Shown one piece after another: positions 1 to 9,905 of a stretch of DNA of 64,000 bases (its first letter is position 1; each line of letters starts with the position of its first letter). A program made the position numbers and the translations under genes. The DNA comes from a bacterium (GTDB lineage: Bacteria > RBG-13-61-14 > DATKZS01): positions 384,001 to 448,000 of the forward strand of contig CAXXFL010000001.1 in NCBI GenBank assembly GCA_963674965.2, read 5' to 3'. Under the pieces are notes generated by a model that searched no databases, was not told where the DNA came from, and saw nothing but the letters and a program-made list of their open reading frames with translations.

Positions 1-584
1 AATAAAGGGGGGTAAAGGAATCACCATCCAGGGTATGTTATTACCCCCAAGCCGATTGGTCAAGGGTAAAGATCGGCATAATGATCAAGTTTGGCCGCCC
101 GGAGCTGGAATTTTTTTATCGATTGGGAAAATAATTTATCTGGATGAAATTCATAAACGATGAAAGAGAAGAAAATGAGGTCATCCCGGCGATTTTAGGG
201 GAGAGGGACGAGAGAAGGGAAAAGGGGACGCCAAAGTGGCGTGAAACCGTTCAGGATGACCTCATAGCTAGTGAAAAACTAGAGTTTTTCACTATTTCAA
301 AGAGCACGGCTTTAAAAGCCGCAAGGTGCATTAAAGCCTGGGACTGGCCTTTCCACAACCTCGAAAAATATACTAGCAAACCTTGTGCCGGATTGCAAGT
401 CTCCTGAACTGACTGAATTATAAAAGGTTTCATTTTGGCCCGTCTCTCAATCATTACTTTTTTTCCATAGGAGCATTTACAAAATTTGTCACCTCGACGC
501 GAGACGGGATAAATCAAAGAATGAAGGAATGGCCTCTTTACGGGATGACAAAAGATGTAAAAAACGTTCAGGCCTTGATCGATA

Positions 585-1376
585 TTATCCGCAGCCGTTT
601 GAAGAGTCCGGTTGCCCATCCACCATCAGCGGCAGGGTAGACCTCATTATCAGGAGTTGAGCCGCGAAATAGGTGACCCATATTACGATAGTGGCGTACT
701 CCGTGGACGGCCGCAAAAGGTAATAGCCGATGATACCGTCGGAAATCCAGAAAAGGACCCCGCCCAAGGTAACCTTAAAGCCTTTCGCTTTCCAAGATAC
801 GGACACCCAGGTCGAGACGATCATCATGAGCGTGACCACCAGGGCGTAAAACAGGGAAGTCCATTTAACCGCGGCGGGACCGCCGGCCGGGATGAGGACC
901 TTCCATAGCCCGGCCGCCAGAAAAGGCCAGAGGACCAGGGAGGCCTTAATGTAAATTACCCGGGACTTGGAAACCCCTTTCGGTCCGGCGCGGAAAAGCC
1001 GGACGTAGACGATTATGTAAAATACGTGGGCCAGGGTGAAGAAAGGCACGGATAATAGCGTCTGCTGAGGCAGTATATAAGTCAGGTCGATAAGCCGGCT
1101 GTTTACGAAGTCGCCCACCCATGAAAAGACCAGGCCGAGAAGGACCAACAGGGCGGGAAGAGACCTGGTGCGGCCTCCGTCCTTCGTGTCCCTTGTCCGA
1201 GCCTCCGAGAGGATCGAAAAAGATATATAAATGGCCAAGGCCATCTGTAAGAGGTGAAAGGCGCGATGGGGAGCATTCCGCCAGGGCCAGTCCGCGAGGA
1301 GGAAAAGAAGCGCCAGGGCCTCACCCGCCGCCAGGGCGATGACGGCGACCATGGTAAGAAGGTTGATTTTTTTCAA
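585..1376 (-). CDS. YhhN/lysoplasmalogenase-family membrane protein
   Basis: Multi-TM protein with YhhN-like motifs (FSWVGD, FFTLAHVFY, GGVLFWISDGII, TYFAAQLLI). Confidence 0.75.
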   Translation of the reverse strand: MKKINLLTMVAVIALAAGEALALLFLLADWPWRNAPHRAFHLLQMALAIYISFSILSEARTRDTKDGGRTRSLPALLVLLGLVFSWVGDFVNSRLIDLTYILPQQTLLSVPFFTLAHVFYIIVYVRLFRAGPKGVSKSRVIYIKASLVLWPFLAAGLWKVLIPAGGPAAVKWTSLFYALVVTLMMIVSTWVSVSWKAKGFKVTLGGVLFWISDGIIGYYLLRPSTEYATIVIWVTYFAAQLLIMRSTLPLMVDGQPDSSNGCG

Positions 1377-1506
1377 GGGGGATATTCTCCGAGCCTTCCA
1401 TATTTTTGCCCGCCTGGCCGAGCGCTTACGCCGATTTTCCGTTTTCCCTCGGCCGGCGGCACGAGAACATTATAATTCAGCCCGGTTTTATGTGAAAACC
1501 GGCCCG

Positions 1507-1515
1507 TGATATAAT
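1507..1515 (+). promoter_or_regulatory. Extended -10 promoter (TGnTATAAT), probably leaderless transcript
   Basis: TGATATAAT lies 8 nt upstream of the ATG at 1524; no Shine-Dalgarno sequence. Confidence 0.55.
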
Positions 1516-1523
1516 TTTTTTTC

Positions 1524-4040
1524 ATGGCTGGAAAGGTCAGCGTAAAAATATACCGGGGCATTGGCATAACGTTTATTTTATTTCTCCTGGTCTTCGTGGT
1601 CCTGCTTTTAACCGCGGTTTATATTTATACTCATAAGTCGCAGCCCCAGGCTCGCGGCGAGATCGTGGTCAAGGGGATCGAGCGCCCGGTGGTGATCGTT
1701 CGAGACGGCCGCGATATCCCTCATCTTTACGCCGCCGGCGGGAGGGACCTCTTTTTCGCCGCCGGTTTCGTCCAGGCCCAGGACCGCCTTTTCCAGATGG
1801 ACCTTTACCGCCGGGCCGCCCAGGGCCGCCTGGCCGAGTGGTTCGGACCGTCCGCTCTTCCCTCCGACCGCCTGGCCAGGACCATCGGCTTTTATCGAAT
1901 CGCCGAGAAAAACCTCCTTAACGCCCCGCCCGAGTCTTTGGAGGCTCTCGAGTCCTTCCAAAAAGGAGTCAACGCCCTGGTGACCCGCCGCGGCCGCAAC
2001 CTGCCCATCGAGTACTCACGTTTAAGATCGAGCTTCGAGCCGTGGAAAGAGGAGGACTCCCTGGCCATAGCCGCGTACTTCGCCTGGAAAGAGTCGGCCG
2101 GTTTCCGGTCCGAGCTGGTCAGGCTGGCGGCGCTGGAAAAGCTCGGCGATGAAAAAGGCATGGAACTTTTAAGGGCCGGCGTCCCGGATGAAGGTGGAAT
2201 TCCGCTCGGCGGCGCGGCTTATAAAAGGCCCCCGGAGAGCGTCCTGGCCATCGGCGACCTCAAGGCGCTGCTCGAGGCGGACGCCGCGCTGCGAAGCGCG
2301 GGCCAGCTCGAGGCCTGGCAGGGAATTTCCTCGAGCGCCCTGGCCATCGGCGGTAGCCGGACGGCGGGCGGCTCTCCCATTTTATACATATCTCTCGATT
2401 CCGAGATGACCCTTCCCAACCCGTGGTACGCCATGCACCTGAGCGGGGGCGGCATGAACGCGCTGGGCGTAACCCATCCGGGACTCCCCTATATTATAAA
2501 CGGCCGCTCGGAAAAGACGGCATGGGCGGCCGTCCCGTCACGGGCCGACAACCAGGACGTTTACCTCGAGAAGATAGACCCGGCCACTGGAAGATACGCC
2601 CGGGGCGATAGCTGGGAGGAGTTCTCGGCCGTCGAGGAAAAGATTTTCGCCTATGACCCGGCGCGCAAAGGATTGGAGGGCCATGATTTCAAGTTCCGGG
2701 TTGGAAGGCACGGTCCGGTCTTGAACGACGCCCTGGAGAAGGCGGACGGCGGCGCGCGCTACTTCTTATGCCTGAAATGGACCGGCCGGGAGGCGACGGA
2801 CCCGGTGGGGGCCTTCATCCAGGCGGCTTCCTCCCCGGACAAGGGGTCCTTCCTCTCGGCCTCCCGACGGGAGGGATGCCCGGCGCGGGAATGGATTTTC
2901 GCCGACTCGGAGGGAAATTATGGATGGCAACTCTCGGGGCTCGTGCCCGTCAGGTCCCGGCACGACGGCGCCCTGCCCGTTCCCGGCTGGACGGGAGATT
3001 TCGAGTGGCAGGGCTACGTGCCCTCGACCGAGCTGCCGGGCGCGTTCAACCCCGAGGAGGGGATGGTGGTCCTCGCCAACGGTCCCGTTCGCTGTCCCGG
3101 ACCTTTCGTGTATTCCATCTCCCGAGATTTCGACGAAAGGGGAAGGGAAGACAGACTAAAAGAGCTGCTGGGCGAAGGTCGGGATGAAAAGGAAAAACGC
3201 CCATTGGATATCAAGTCGCTTTCCAAAGCGCTTCGCGACCCGTTGAGTACCAGGGCCTTGAAGACGCTTCCCCTTTTGATGGGCGCCATGGAGGGCCGGA
3301 CCTCGGAGGACGAGACCCTTGACAGGACCTATTTGCAACTCAAGGACTGGAAGGGTGAAATGGAGGTCGACTCGAGCGCGGCCCTTATTTTTTCCAAGAC
3401 CATGGACGGGATGGGCCGGCGACTGTTAGAGGACGACCTCGGTCCCGAGCTATACGAAGTCTTCAGCCGGGAGAGCTTGTCCATCCCCCTTATCGACGGG
3501 ATATTACTCAATAAAATCGAATATTTCATCGACGACAAAAAAACGGATGACATTGAAAGCCCAGATGATATAATACTTTGGGCGCTGGGATCGGCGGTGG
3601 CCGAAATAACGACCGACCATGGCGCCAGAATGAGCACGTGGAAATGGGGCGACGTTCAAGTCCTCGACTTGCGTCATCCTCTCGCCATGACCGGCGAGAT
3701 AAGAAAGGCCGCTGGGATGTTGAGCGTCAACGTGTCTCCTTTTCCTTTGCCTGGGGGTCAAGGCTCGATTTTCGGCGGTTATAACTCGAGTGGTGGGGAT
3801 TACCGGGTTACGTCGGGAACAAATCTTTTTTTCGCGTCCGACCTGGACGTCTCGGAAACCACGCTGACGTCATATCCTGGCGGACAGTCGGGACAGCCTT
3901 TTTCCCCTTATTACGCGGACATGCTTAAGGCATGGCCGGGCGGGGAAGGCCCCGTTCTAATGGACAGGGCAAAGGTGGAGGATTCCATGAGCGGGAGGCT
4001 TAGTTTGCTTCCCCACGAACCGGCTTCGGGAAAAATTTAA
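1524..4040 (+). CDS. Penicillin acylase-family (Ntn hydrolase) protein with N-terminal membrane anchor and a divergent active site
   Basis: IPHLYA, GFVQAQDRLFQMDLYRRAAQGRLAEWFG, RHGPV, WIFADSEGN and PGGQSGQPFSPYYAD motifs; beta-chain start reads SSAL instead of SNNW. Confidence 0.85.
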   Translation: MAGKVSVKIYRGIGITFILFLLVFVVLLLTAVYIYTHKSQPQARGEIVVKGIERPVVIVRDGRDIPHLYAAGGRDLFFAAGFVQAQDRLFQMDLYRRAAQGRLAEWFGPSALPSDRLARTIGFYRIAEKNLLNAPPESLEALESFQKGVNALVTRRGRNLPIEYSRLRSSFEPWKEEDSLAIAAYFAWKESAGFRSELVRLAALEKLGDEKGMELLRAGVPDEGGIPLGGAAYKRPPESVLAIGDLKALLEADAALRSAGQLEAWQGISSSALAIGGSRTAGGSPILYISLDSEMTLPNPWYAMHLSGGGMNALGVTHPGLPYIINGRSEKTAWAAVPSRADNQDVYLEKIDPATGRYARGDSWEEFSAVEEKIFAYDPARKGLEGHDFKFRVGRHGPVLNDALEKADGGARYFLCLKWTGREATDPVGAFIQAASSPDKGSFLSASRREGCPAREWIFADSEGNYGWQLSGLVPVRSRHDGALPVPGWTGDFEWQGYVPSTELPGAFNPEEGMVVLANGPVRCPGPFVYSISRDFDERGREDRLKELLGEGRDEKEKRPLDIKSLSKALRDPLSTRALKTLPLLMGAMEGRTSEDETLDRTYLQLKDWKGEMEVDSSAALIFSKTMDGMGRRLLEDDLGPELYEVFSRESLSIPLIDGILLNKIEYFIDDKKTDDIESPDDIILWALGSAVAEITTDHGARMSTWKWGDVQVLDLRHPLAMTGEIRKAAGMLSVNVSPFPLPGGQGSIFGGYNSSGGDYRVTSGTNLFFASDLDVSETTLTSYPGGQSGQPFSPYYADMLKAWPGGEGPVLMDRAKVEDSMSGRLSLLPHEPASGKI

Positions 4041-4056
4041 TCCAAAGAGAGAATCA

Positions 4057-4959
4057 TTGCTGCTTGATCGTAAAATATGGTCCATTGCCAGCGGCAAGGG
4101 AGGAACGGGCAAGACCGTTATCTCCGCGGGCATAGCCGTTCATCTGGCGGACCTGGGCTTCAAGGTCGCCCTGGTCGACCTTGACCTGGGTTGCGCCAAC
4201 CTTCACACCTGCTTCGGGGTGGAGAGGCCCAAGGCCACGCTTTCGGACTTTATCGAGCGCCGCGCGGAGCACGTGGAGGAAGTGGCGGTGGACACTAACG
4301 TCACGAACCTCAGGCTGATATGCGGCGCCATCGACCCGATCGACGCGGCCCAGATCAAGTACCAGCAGAAAAGAAGAATCATCCGTCAGCTAAATACCCT
4401 CGAGGCCGACCTCGTGATCCTGGATATAGCCACCGGGAGCGGGCTTACCCAGATCGAGCTCTTTTGCGCCTCCGACCTCGGGGCCCTCGTGGTCCTGCCC
4501 GAGCCACCGTCCATCGAGAACGCCTACCGGCTTTTGCGCATGTTCTACTTCCACCAGATTCGGGAAATTCCGGGATGGAAGAAGTTCGAGAAAAGCCTTG
4601 GCGACGACGCGATGGACGACTTTACCTCGCCCGTGAGCTTCCTGAAAAAGGTCGAGGAAAAAGACCCGCGGTGGAGCGACAGAATAAAAAGCCGACTCGA
4701 GACCTTTACCCCCGGTTTCATCGTCAACATGGCCCGCGCCAAGGAGGACAGGGACCTGGGAGCGGACATTAGCCTCGTGTGCAGAAGATACTTCGGCATC
4801 AACGCGCCCTTCCTGGGGGCCGTCGAGTACGACGACTGCGTCTGGCAGGCGGTGAAGCATAAAAAGCCCGTCATGCTCGATTACCCTCACTCGAGACCCA
4901 GCCGCTCGATAAGGCAGATAACGGAGACCCTTCTTTCCTTGTCCAGGAGGCGGACATGA
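4057..4959 (+). CDS. MinD/FlhG-like ParA-family ATPase
   Basis: Deviant Walker A SGKGGTGKT, DLDLGCANLH, PEPPSIENAY. Confidence 0.85.
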   Translation: MLLDRKIWSIASGKGGTGKTVISAGIAVHLADLGFKVALVDLDLGCANLHTCFGVERPKATLSDFIERRAEHVEEVAVDTNVTNLRLICGAIDPIDAAQIKYQQKRRIIRQLNTLEADLVILDIATGSGLTQIELFCASDLGALVVLPEPPSIENAYRLLRMFYFHQIREIPGWKKFEKSLGDDAMDDFTSPVSFLKKVEEKDPRWSDRIKSRLETFTPGFIVNMARAKEDRDLGADISLVCRRYFGINAPFLGAVEYDDCVWQAVKHKKPVMLDYPHSRPSRSIRQITETLLSLSRRRT

Positions 4960-6110
4960 TTCCCGGCTTCGAGGGACTGACCTATTACCAGATACTGGAC
5001 ATCAGCCCGGGCGTGGACGCCAAGGAAATCCAGGACGGCTACTACAGGATAAGGGAAGCCTTCGGAAAAAACTCCCTGGCCAGCTATTCCCTGTATTCCC
5101 AGGAGGAAAGGGAGCAGATATCACTTCTTCTGGAAGAGGCCTACCACACGCTGATCGATCCCAACGCCAGGCGCGAATACGACCAGATACTTTCCTGGAA
5201 CAGGCAGAAGGAGGAAAGGGCCGAGAGGCTTATGCAGGAACAGCTTCCCTTTGGCGATGATATCTCTCGGGAGAGACAACCCGCTTTGGACTTCGGGGCC
5301 GGCGAGGAGGAGGAAATCGAATCGAGGATGGCCGAGGGAGACGAGGAGGAAGTCGAGACGGACGACGACCTCAAGGAGGGCCCCGAGCCCGCGCACAAGG
5401 AGGACGAAAGAGGACCCCGGCTTCCCCTACTCGAACTCGAGGACGCGAACCTGGATAAAAGCGACGAGCCGGGACGGGAAAAAGAACGGTCTTCCGAAGA
5501 AGCGGAAAACGAGGAACCGAAGAGCCCGGAAGACACGGCGTCGGATGAGGATTTCGACGAGGAACTCGAGGACGTCCAACCTCCCGAGCCGAGGAGTTCC
5601 CTGGAAAGGATCATCATCAGGGAGGGAGCAAAGCAAAGCCGTCCCATTATCAGGCCCCCCGAATATTCCGAGGAGGCGACCTTTAAATACGACTCCATGG
5701 AAAGCGAGGAGTACCCCGAGAAGAGCGGCGACGGCCCTTCCTGCTCTCCCCGGGACAAGGACGAGACGGGGGCCGGCCGCGAGGTCTTCGAGGAAACCAT
5801 CTACGACGTGCCCATGGTTAAAAATCCCGCCTGTCCCCTTGACTATATCGAGATGGGCATACCGGGAAAATTCCTGAAAGAAGCCAGGGAAAAAAGAGGG
5901 TTGACCATAGAGTCCGTATGGGAGACGACCAGGATCAGGCGGCCCATACTAAAGGCCATCGAGACTGAGGACTACGCCAACCTGCCCGCCGACGTCTTTC
6001 TTAAGGGCATGCTCCTTATATACGCCCGGTTTTTACAGATTGAAGGACCGGAGGAAGTGGTTAAAGGTTATATGGCAAGACTCGTGGCCGCGAGGGATTG
6101 GATGGACTGA
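4956..6110 (+). CDS. J-domain-like N-terminus + acidic linker + RodZ-type (HTH_25) helix-turn-helix protein
   Basis: TYYQILDIS...EEAYHTLIDPNARREYD (J-like, no HPD); C-terminal GKFLKEAREKRGLT...LKAIETEDYANLPADVFLKGML..YARFL; ATGA overlap with the ATPase gene. Confidence 0.75.
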   Translation: MIPGFEGLTYYQILDISPGVDAKEIQDGYYRIREAFGKNSLASYSLYSQEEREQISLLLEEAYHTLIDPNARREYDQILSWNRQKEERAERLMQEQLPFGDDISRERQPALDFGAGEEEEIESRMAEGDEEEVETDDDLKEGPEPAHKEDERGPRLPLLELEDANLDKSDEPGREKERSSEEAENEEPKSPEDTASDEDFDEELEDVQPPEPRSSLERIIIREGAKQSRPIIRPPEYSEEATFKYDSMESEEYPEKSGDGPSCSPRDKDETGAGREVFEETIYDVPMVKNPACPLDYIEMGIPGKFLKEAREKRGLTIESVWETTRIRRPILKAIETEDYANLPADVFLKGMLLIYARFLQIEGPEEVVKGYMARLVAARDWMD

Positions 6111-6151
6111 AAGCCTCACCGCTCGACTGAAAACCGGCCGGGAACGCCCGG

Positions 6152-6466
6152 TCAATTATAACGGGGGCCGAATAATTCGCTCTCCATGAAACGTGAATCG
6201 TCACGGGCGAAAAGATTATTCTTTATCTCCCCTGGTTTAAACAGCTTTTCCATGTCGCTTAACGCCATTACCAGACGAATCAGTCGTTGCCTGTCCCCGG
6301 ACTCGATGTCCGATCCGGCCATGTCGGTCAGCCTTAGCGACCTGGGCTTTAAATTGTAGTTCCAGCATAGCTCGAGATACTCGAGCTTTTTAGAAAAGTA
6401 ATTGGTCTTAAGCCTTTTCCCCGCCGCTCCGCGCCTTTGCTCTTGTTGTCCATCAGGATTTATCAT
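6152..6466 (-). CDS. Small hypothetical protein (104 aa), sigma-54-driven
   Basis: Purine-rich RBS (GAGGGGGG) just before the ATG and a consensus sigma-54 promoter about 60 nt upstream. Confidence 0.55.
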   Translation of the reverse strand: MINPDGQQEQRRGAAGKRLKTNYFSKKLEYLELCWNYNLKPRSLRLTDMAGSDIESGDRQRLIRLVMALSDMEKLFKPGEIKNNLFARDDSRFMESELFGPRYN

Positions 6467-6526
6467 TTTATCCCCCCTCGTTGCCCCGCGCGTTATATGT
6501 TAAACCTGTCTTATTATTCGACTTAA

Positions 6527-6541
6527 GCAATTTATGTGCCA
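6527..6541 (-). promoter_or_regulatory. Sigma-54 (-24/-12) promoter
   Basis: Minus strand reads TGGCACATAAATTGC, matching TGGCAC-N5-TTGC. Confidence 0.8.
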
Positions 6542-6665
6542 GCCAAAGAGGGACTACCCGAGGCCACCTTAACTGGCTGAAATAGCTCCGTTTAGATAAA
6601 TTGATTGGCAGAAAGGACGATTTGTCCAATAGGTAAAAAAGTAAGACTAAGAACTTTTATTCGGC

Positions 6666-6692
6666 ATTTTGCATGCTTATGCTATGCAAAAA
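6666..6692. promoter_or_regulatory. Inverted repeat, candidate enhancer (bEBP binding site)
   Basis: ATTTTGCAT-N9-ATGCAAAAT, about 125-150 bp upstream of the sigma-54 site. Confidence 0.5.
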
Positions 6693-6827
6693 TTGCACTG
6701 GAAGGTATAAAACCAGGTAATATTGTAACATCCGTAATCATGAACTGGACTCTTGATTTGCGATCGCGTCATGGGATAGAAAAAGATGAAATCATACTAT
6801 TGCCGGACGATCTGGAAATTGCGCTGT

Positions 6828-8219
6828 TCAATCTTCCCAGGTTCCAAGTTCGTCTCTGATGCCTTGTTCGAGATGGGGATGGATAAAAGTGTAGCCCGAA
6901 TCGAGGAGCGCGCGGGGCGTCACTTTGGCTCCCGCCAAAAGAAGCGTCTGGCCCATTTCACCGTAAACGGCCCTTATCGCGGCGGGGGGCACTCTGAGGA
7001 ATAGGGGCTTTTTCATCACCCTTGCCAGGGTCCGGGAAAATTCCTCGTTCGTGACCGGGTTGGGCGAGACGACGTTGACCGGTCCGCTAAGTGACTCGCT
7101 AAATAAGGCGTGGTGAATGGCCCCTATTACGTCATCGAGGGAGACCCAGCTTATGACCTGGCGGCCATGGCCGGCCGCGGCTCCCATCCCCAGCCTGAAG
7201 AGGGGAACCATCTGGGCCAGCGCTCCGCCGGAGGACGACAGGGCGACCCCCAGCCGAAGCTTGATCACCTTGACTCCGGCCTCCTCCGCCGGCCCCGCGG
7301 CGTTCTCCCAGTCCCGGCACACCCGGGCGAGGAAATCGTCCCCCGCCTCCCTGTCCTCGCCGCAGGTCACGTCCGAGGCGCATGGGCCGTAGTAGCCCAC
7401 GGCCGACGCCGTGATAAGCGTACCGGGCGGGTCTTTCAAGGAGGCCATCTTCTCCGCGATGAGGCGCGTCGAGTCCACGCGGCTATTGTATATGGCCTCC
7501 TTTTTCGATTCACTCCAGCGGGAGTTGGTGAGGTTCTCGCCCGAGAGATGAATAACAGTGTCGGCCCCCTCGAGGTCCTCGGCCTCGAGACGGCCCCGGG
7601 CCGGGTCCCATTCTATCTCCCCCGAGCAGGGCTCGGCCGAGCGTCTGACCAGCCTTGTCACCTCGTGTCCGCCGGTCTGAAGAAAAGCCGTCAGTTGGGC
7701 GCCCACCACTCCCGAGGCCCCGCTGACGATCACCCGTTTCGGACCCTGGTCCTTTACCCCCCGGTGGAGGGCAAAGTCGTTCTCCAGTCTTCTGGCCCTG
7801 TGCCTGAACAAGCGCTCGAGGGTCGAGCGAAAATACCATCCCAAAAGGGGCCGGCCGATGGATTCCAGGGGCGGCTTATACTCGACGGAATCCTTTATTA
7901 TGGTCCCGCCCTCTCCATCGGGAAGGAATTGGTGATGATGACGCCACTTGGAAAAGGGGCCCTCGAGCTGCTCGTCCGTAAAGCTTTGCCCGTCCATGAA
8001 CTCCCAGAGGAGTGAGTGCCACATAAACGAGAAAGGCCCCTTTTGCATCCGGATGACCGACATGCGGGCGTCCTTGTCAAAGGGGACGTCCTCGATCACG
8101 CGCGCCCTTTCCCAGGGTGGAGACAGACGAGCGAAGGCGCCCGGCCTGAGGTGCCAGTCGTAGACCTCTTTGGGATCGGCGTCGATCCTCGTTGTCGTTT
8201 CGAAAACGGGCATGTTCAC
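6828..8219 (-). CDS. SRPBCC domain + TIGR01777 (YfcH-like) NAD-dependent epimerase fusion
   Basis: N-terminal WHLRPGAFARLSPPW...GPFSKWRHHHQF; C-terminal Rossmann SGASGVVG, SAVGYYG, FLARVCRDWE. Confidence 0.9.
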   Translation of the reverse strand: MNMPVFETTTRIDADPKEVYDWHLRPGAFARLSPPWERARVIEDVPFDKDARMSVIRMQKGPFSFMWHSLLWEFMDGQSFTDEQLEGPFSKWRHHHQFLPDGEGGTIIKDSVEYKPPLESIGRPLLGWYFRSTLERLFRHRARRLENDFALHRGVKDQGPKRVIVSGASGVVGAQLTAFLQTGGHEVTRLVRRSAEPCSGEIEWDPARGRLEAEDLEGADTVIHLSGENLTNSRWSESKKEAIYNSRVDSTRLIAEKMASLKDPPGTLITASAVGYYGPCASDVTCGEDREAGDDFLARVCRDWENAAGPAEEAGVKVIKLRLGVALSSSGGALAQMVPLFRLGMGAAAGHGRQVISWVSLDDVIGAIHHALFSESLSGPVNVVSPNPVTNEEFSRTLARVMKKPLFLRVPPAAIRAVYGEMGQTLLLAGAKVTPRALLDSGYTFIHPHLEQGIRDELGTWED

Positions 8220-8788
8220 CGGAAATTTTCGTCTCTACGTCATGGAAATATTCATGACGGCCATCATGGCAAAGACGACGACCACCCCCTTCGCGGGTTA
8301 GGCGAAGATGAAAAAGCCAAGTTGTTAAACGGCGCGTCCCTCTCCCAGTTACGCGCTTTGCTGGAGGATGGAGGCGAATCTTAATCGCCTTGGATTTAAT
8401 TATACCAGTTTGACGACCGGTTTCAAGCCCGGATATCTATCGTTATCCGCGAGGAAGTCTTCAGCGCATCGAGCGCTTTACCATCCCGTTGATGGGGGAG
8501 ACTACCCGTACTAATTGTCCTGGGCCTACATATGTCTGGCGGTCGCGCAAAGCAAAAAACCACGGCGCCTCGTGAGTCTTTTCCATAAGAGATGTACACG
8601 TCATCGATTTATCTCAAAGGCAATTCGGAAATATGACGCGCATTGACGAGGCAAATTGCAAGAGCGGCCAATCATAATCGTCGCTCCCTTGCCGCCCTCC
8701 CCTTTCCGAAACCACGCTTGATTTCATGACATATTGAACAAGCCCCCAAAGACCCTTGGCTCGATTTCTGTCAAGTTCTCCTTCCCAA

Positions 8789-8797
8789 TGATATAAT
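8789..8797 (+). promoter_or_regulatory. Extended -10 promoter of hisF, probably leaderless
   Basis: TGATATAAT lies 6 nt upstream of the ATG at 8804; no Shine-Dalgarno sequence. Confidence 0.6.
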
Positions 8798-8803
8798 TGG
8801 TCC

Positions 8804-9586
8804 ATGCTGGCAAAACGAATCATACCCTGCCTGGACGTAAAGGACGGGCGCGTGGTCAAGGGCGTAAATTTCGTGGACCTTCGCGACGCGGGGGACCCGG
8901 TCGAGTGCGCGGTGGCTTACGACGCGCAGGGGGCGGACGAGCTGACCTTCCTGGACATTACCGCCAGCCACGAGAAGCGGGACATCATCCTGGACGTTGT
9001 CGCGAGGACGGCGGAGAGGGTGTTCATGCCCCTTACCGTGGGCGGCGGGCTCCGCGTCCTGGACGACGTGCGGAACCTGCTTAACGCGGGGGCGGACAAG
9101 GTCAGTATCAACACGGCGGCGGTGCGCGAGCCCGAGTTCGTGAAAAAGGCGGCCGAGCGCTTCGGCAGCCAGTGCATCGTGGTGGCGGTCGACGCCAAGC
9201 GCGTTCCCGGCTCGGACCCACTCCGCTGGGAGGTCTACACTCACGGGGGCAGGAAGCCCACCGGCATCGACGCTCTCGAGTGGGGCGTTATGATGGAGGA
9301 GTACGGCGCGGGCGAGATACTTCTTACCAGCATGGACCGGGACGGGACCAGGATCGGCTTCGACCTCGAGCTGACCAGGACCTTCGCCGTTACCTTGTCC
9401 GTGCCCATCATCGCCAGCGGCGGGGTGGGAAACCTCGAGCATATTTACGAGGGCTTGACCGCGGGGAGGGCCTCGGCGGCCCTGGCCGCCTCGATATTCC
9501 ATTACGGCGAATATACCGTGGCCCAGTGCAAGGAATACCTGGAGAAAAAGGGCGTGCCCACGCGGCCGATGGTGGAACGGATTTAG
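8804..9586 (+). CDS. hisF: Imidazole glycerol phosphate synthase cyclase subunit
   Basis: [51 protein letters not shown]. Confidence 0.98.
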   Translation: MLAKRIIPCLDVKDGRVVKGVNFVDLRDAGDPVECAVAYDAQGADELTFLDITASHEKRDIILDVVARTAERVFMPLTVGGGLRVLDDVRNLLNAGADKVSINTAAVREPEFVKKAAERFGSQCIVVAVDAKRVPGSDPLRWEVYTHGGRKPTGIDALEWGVMMEEYGAGEILLTSMDRDGTRIGFDLELTRTFAVTLSVPIIASGGVGNLEHIYEGLTAGRASAALAASIFHYGEYTVAQCKEYLEKKGVPTRPMVERI

Positions 9587-9905
9587 CCGAGCGTCCACTT
9601 TTTTTATCCCGCCGTGAAAAGGGCCTTGAAGAGAAGCGGCCGAGGCTTTCGGGCCGAGGCCCTCAACTTGACTGGGATGGCCCATAATGGTAGCGTAATC
9701 ATTAGTATTATTGCCGCCATGGCGGTTGGGCGGTTATTCACGCTTGACGCGGTAGTCTCGTGGGGCCATCCTTTTCACGGCAGAGAAAATCCGGCCATGG
9801 AGGTTTATAAGCGCGACGATATCGGTTATCCGGGCCGGCGTCGCGTTAGGGTGAAGGCGCGTTGATTTCGCGCCGACGAAATACTTTTGTCGCGGGGGTT
9901 TGTAA

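Noticed and set aside
1-584. Short ORFs 144-407 and 251-619
   Set aside because: AT-rich, no recognisable motifs, mutually overlapping; probably intergenic or regulatory DNA.
8220-8790. Possible riboswitch or small membrane-gene remnant between the TIGR01777 gene and hisF
   Set aside because: GGCAAA/GCAAA words do not fit a c-di-GMP riboswitch fold by eye, and the hydrophobic minus-strand stretch is short and interrupted by stops.
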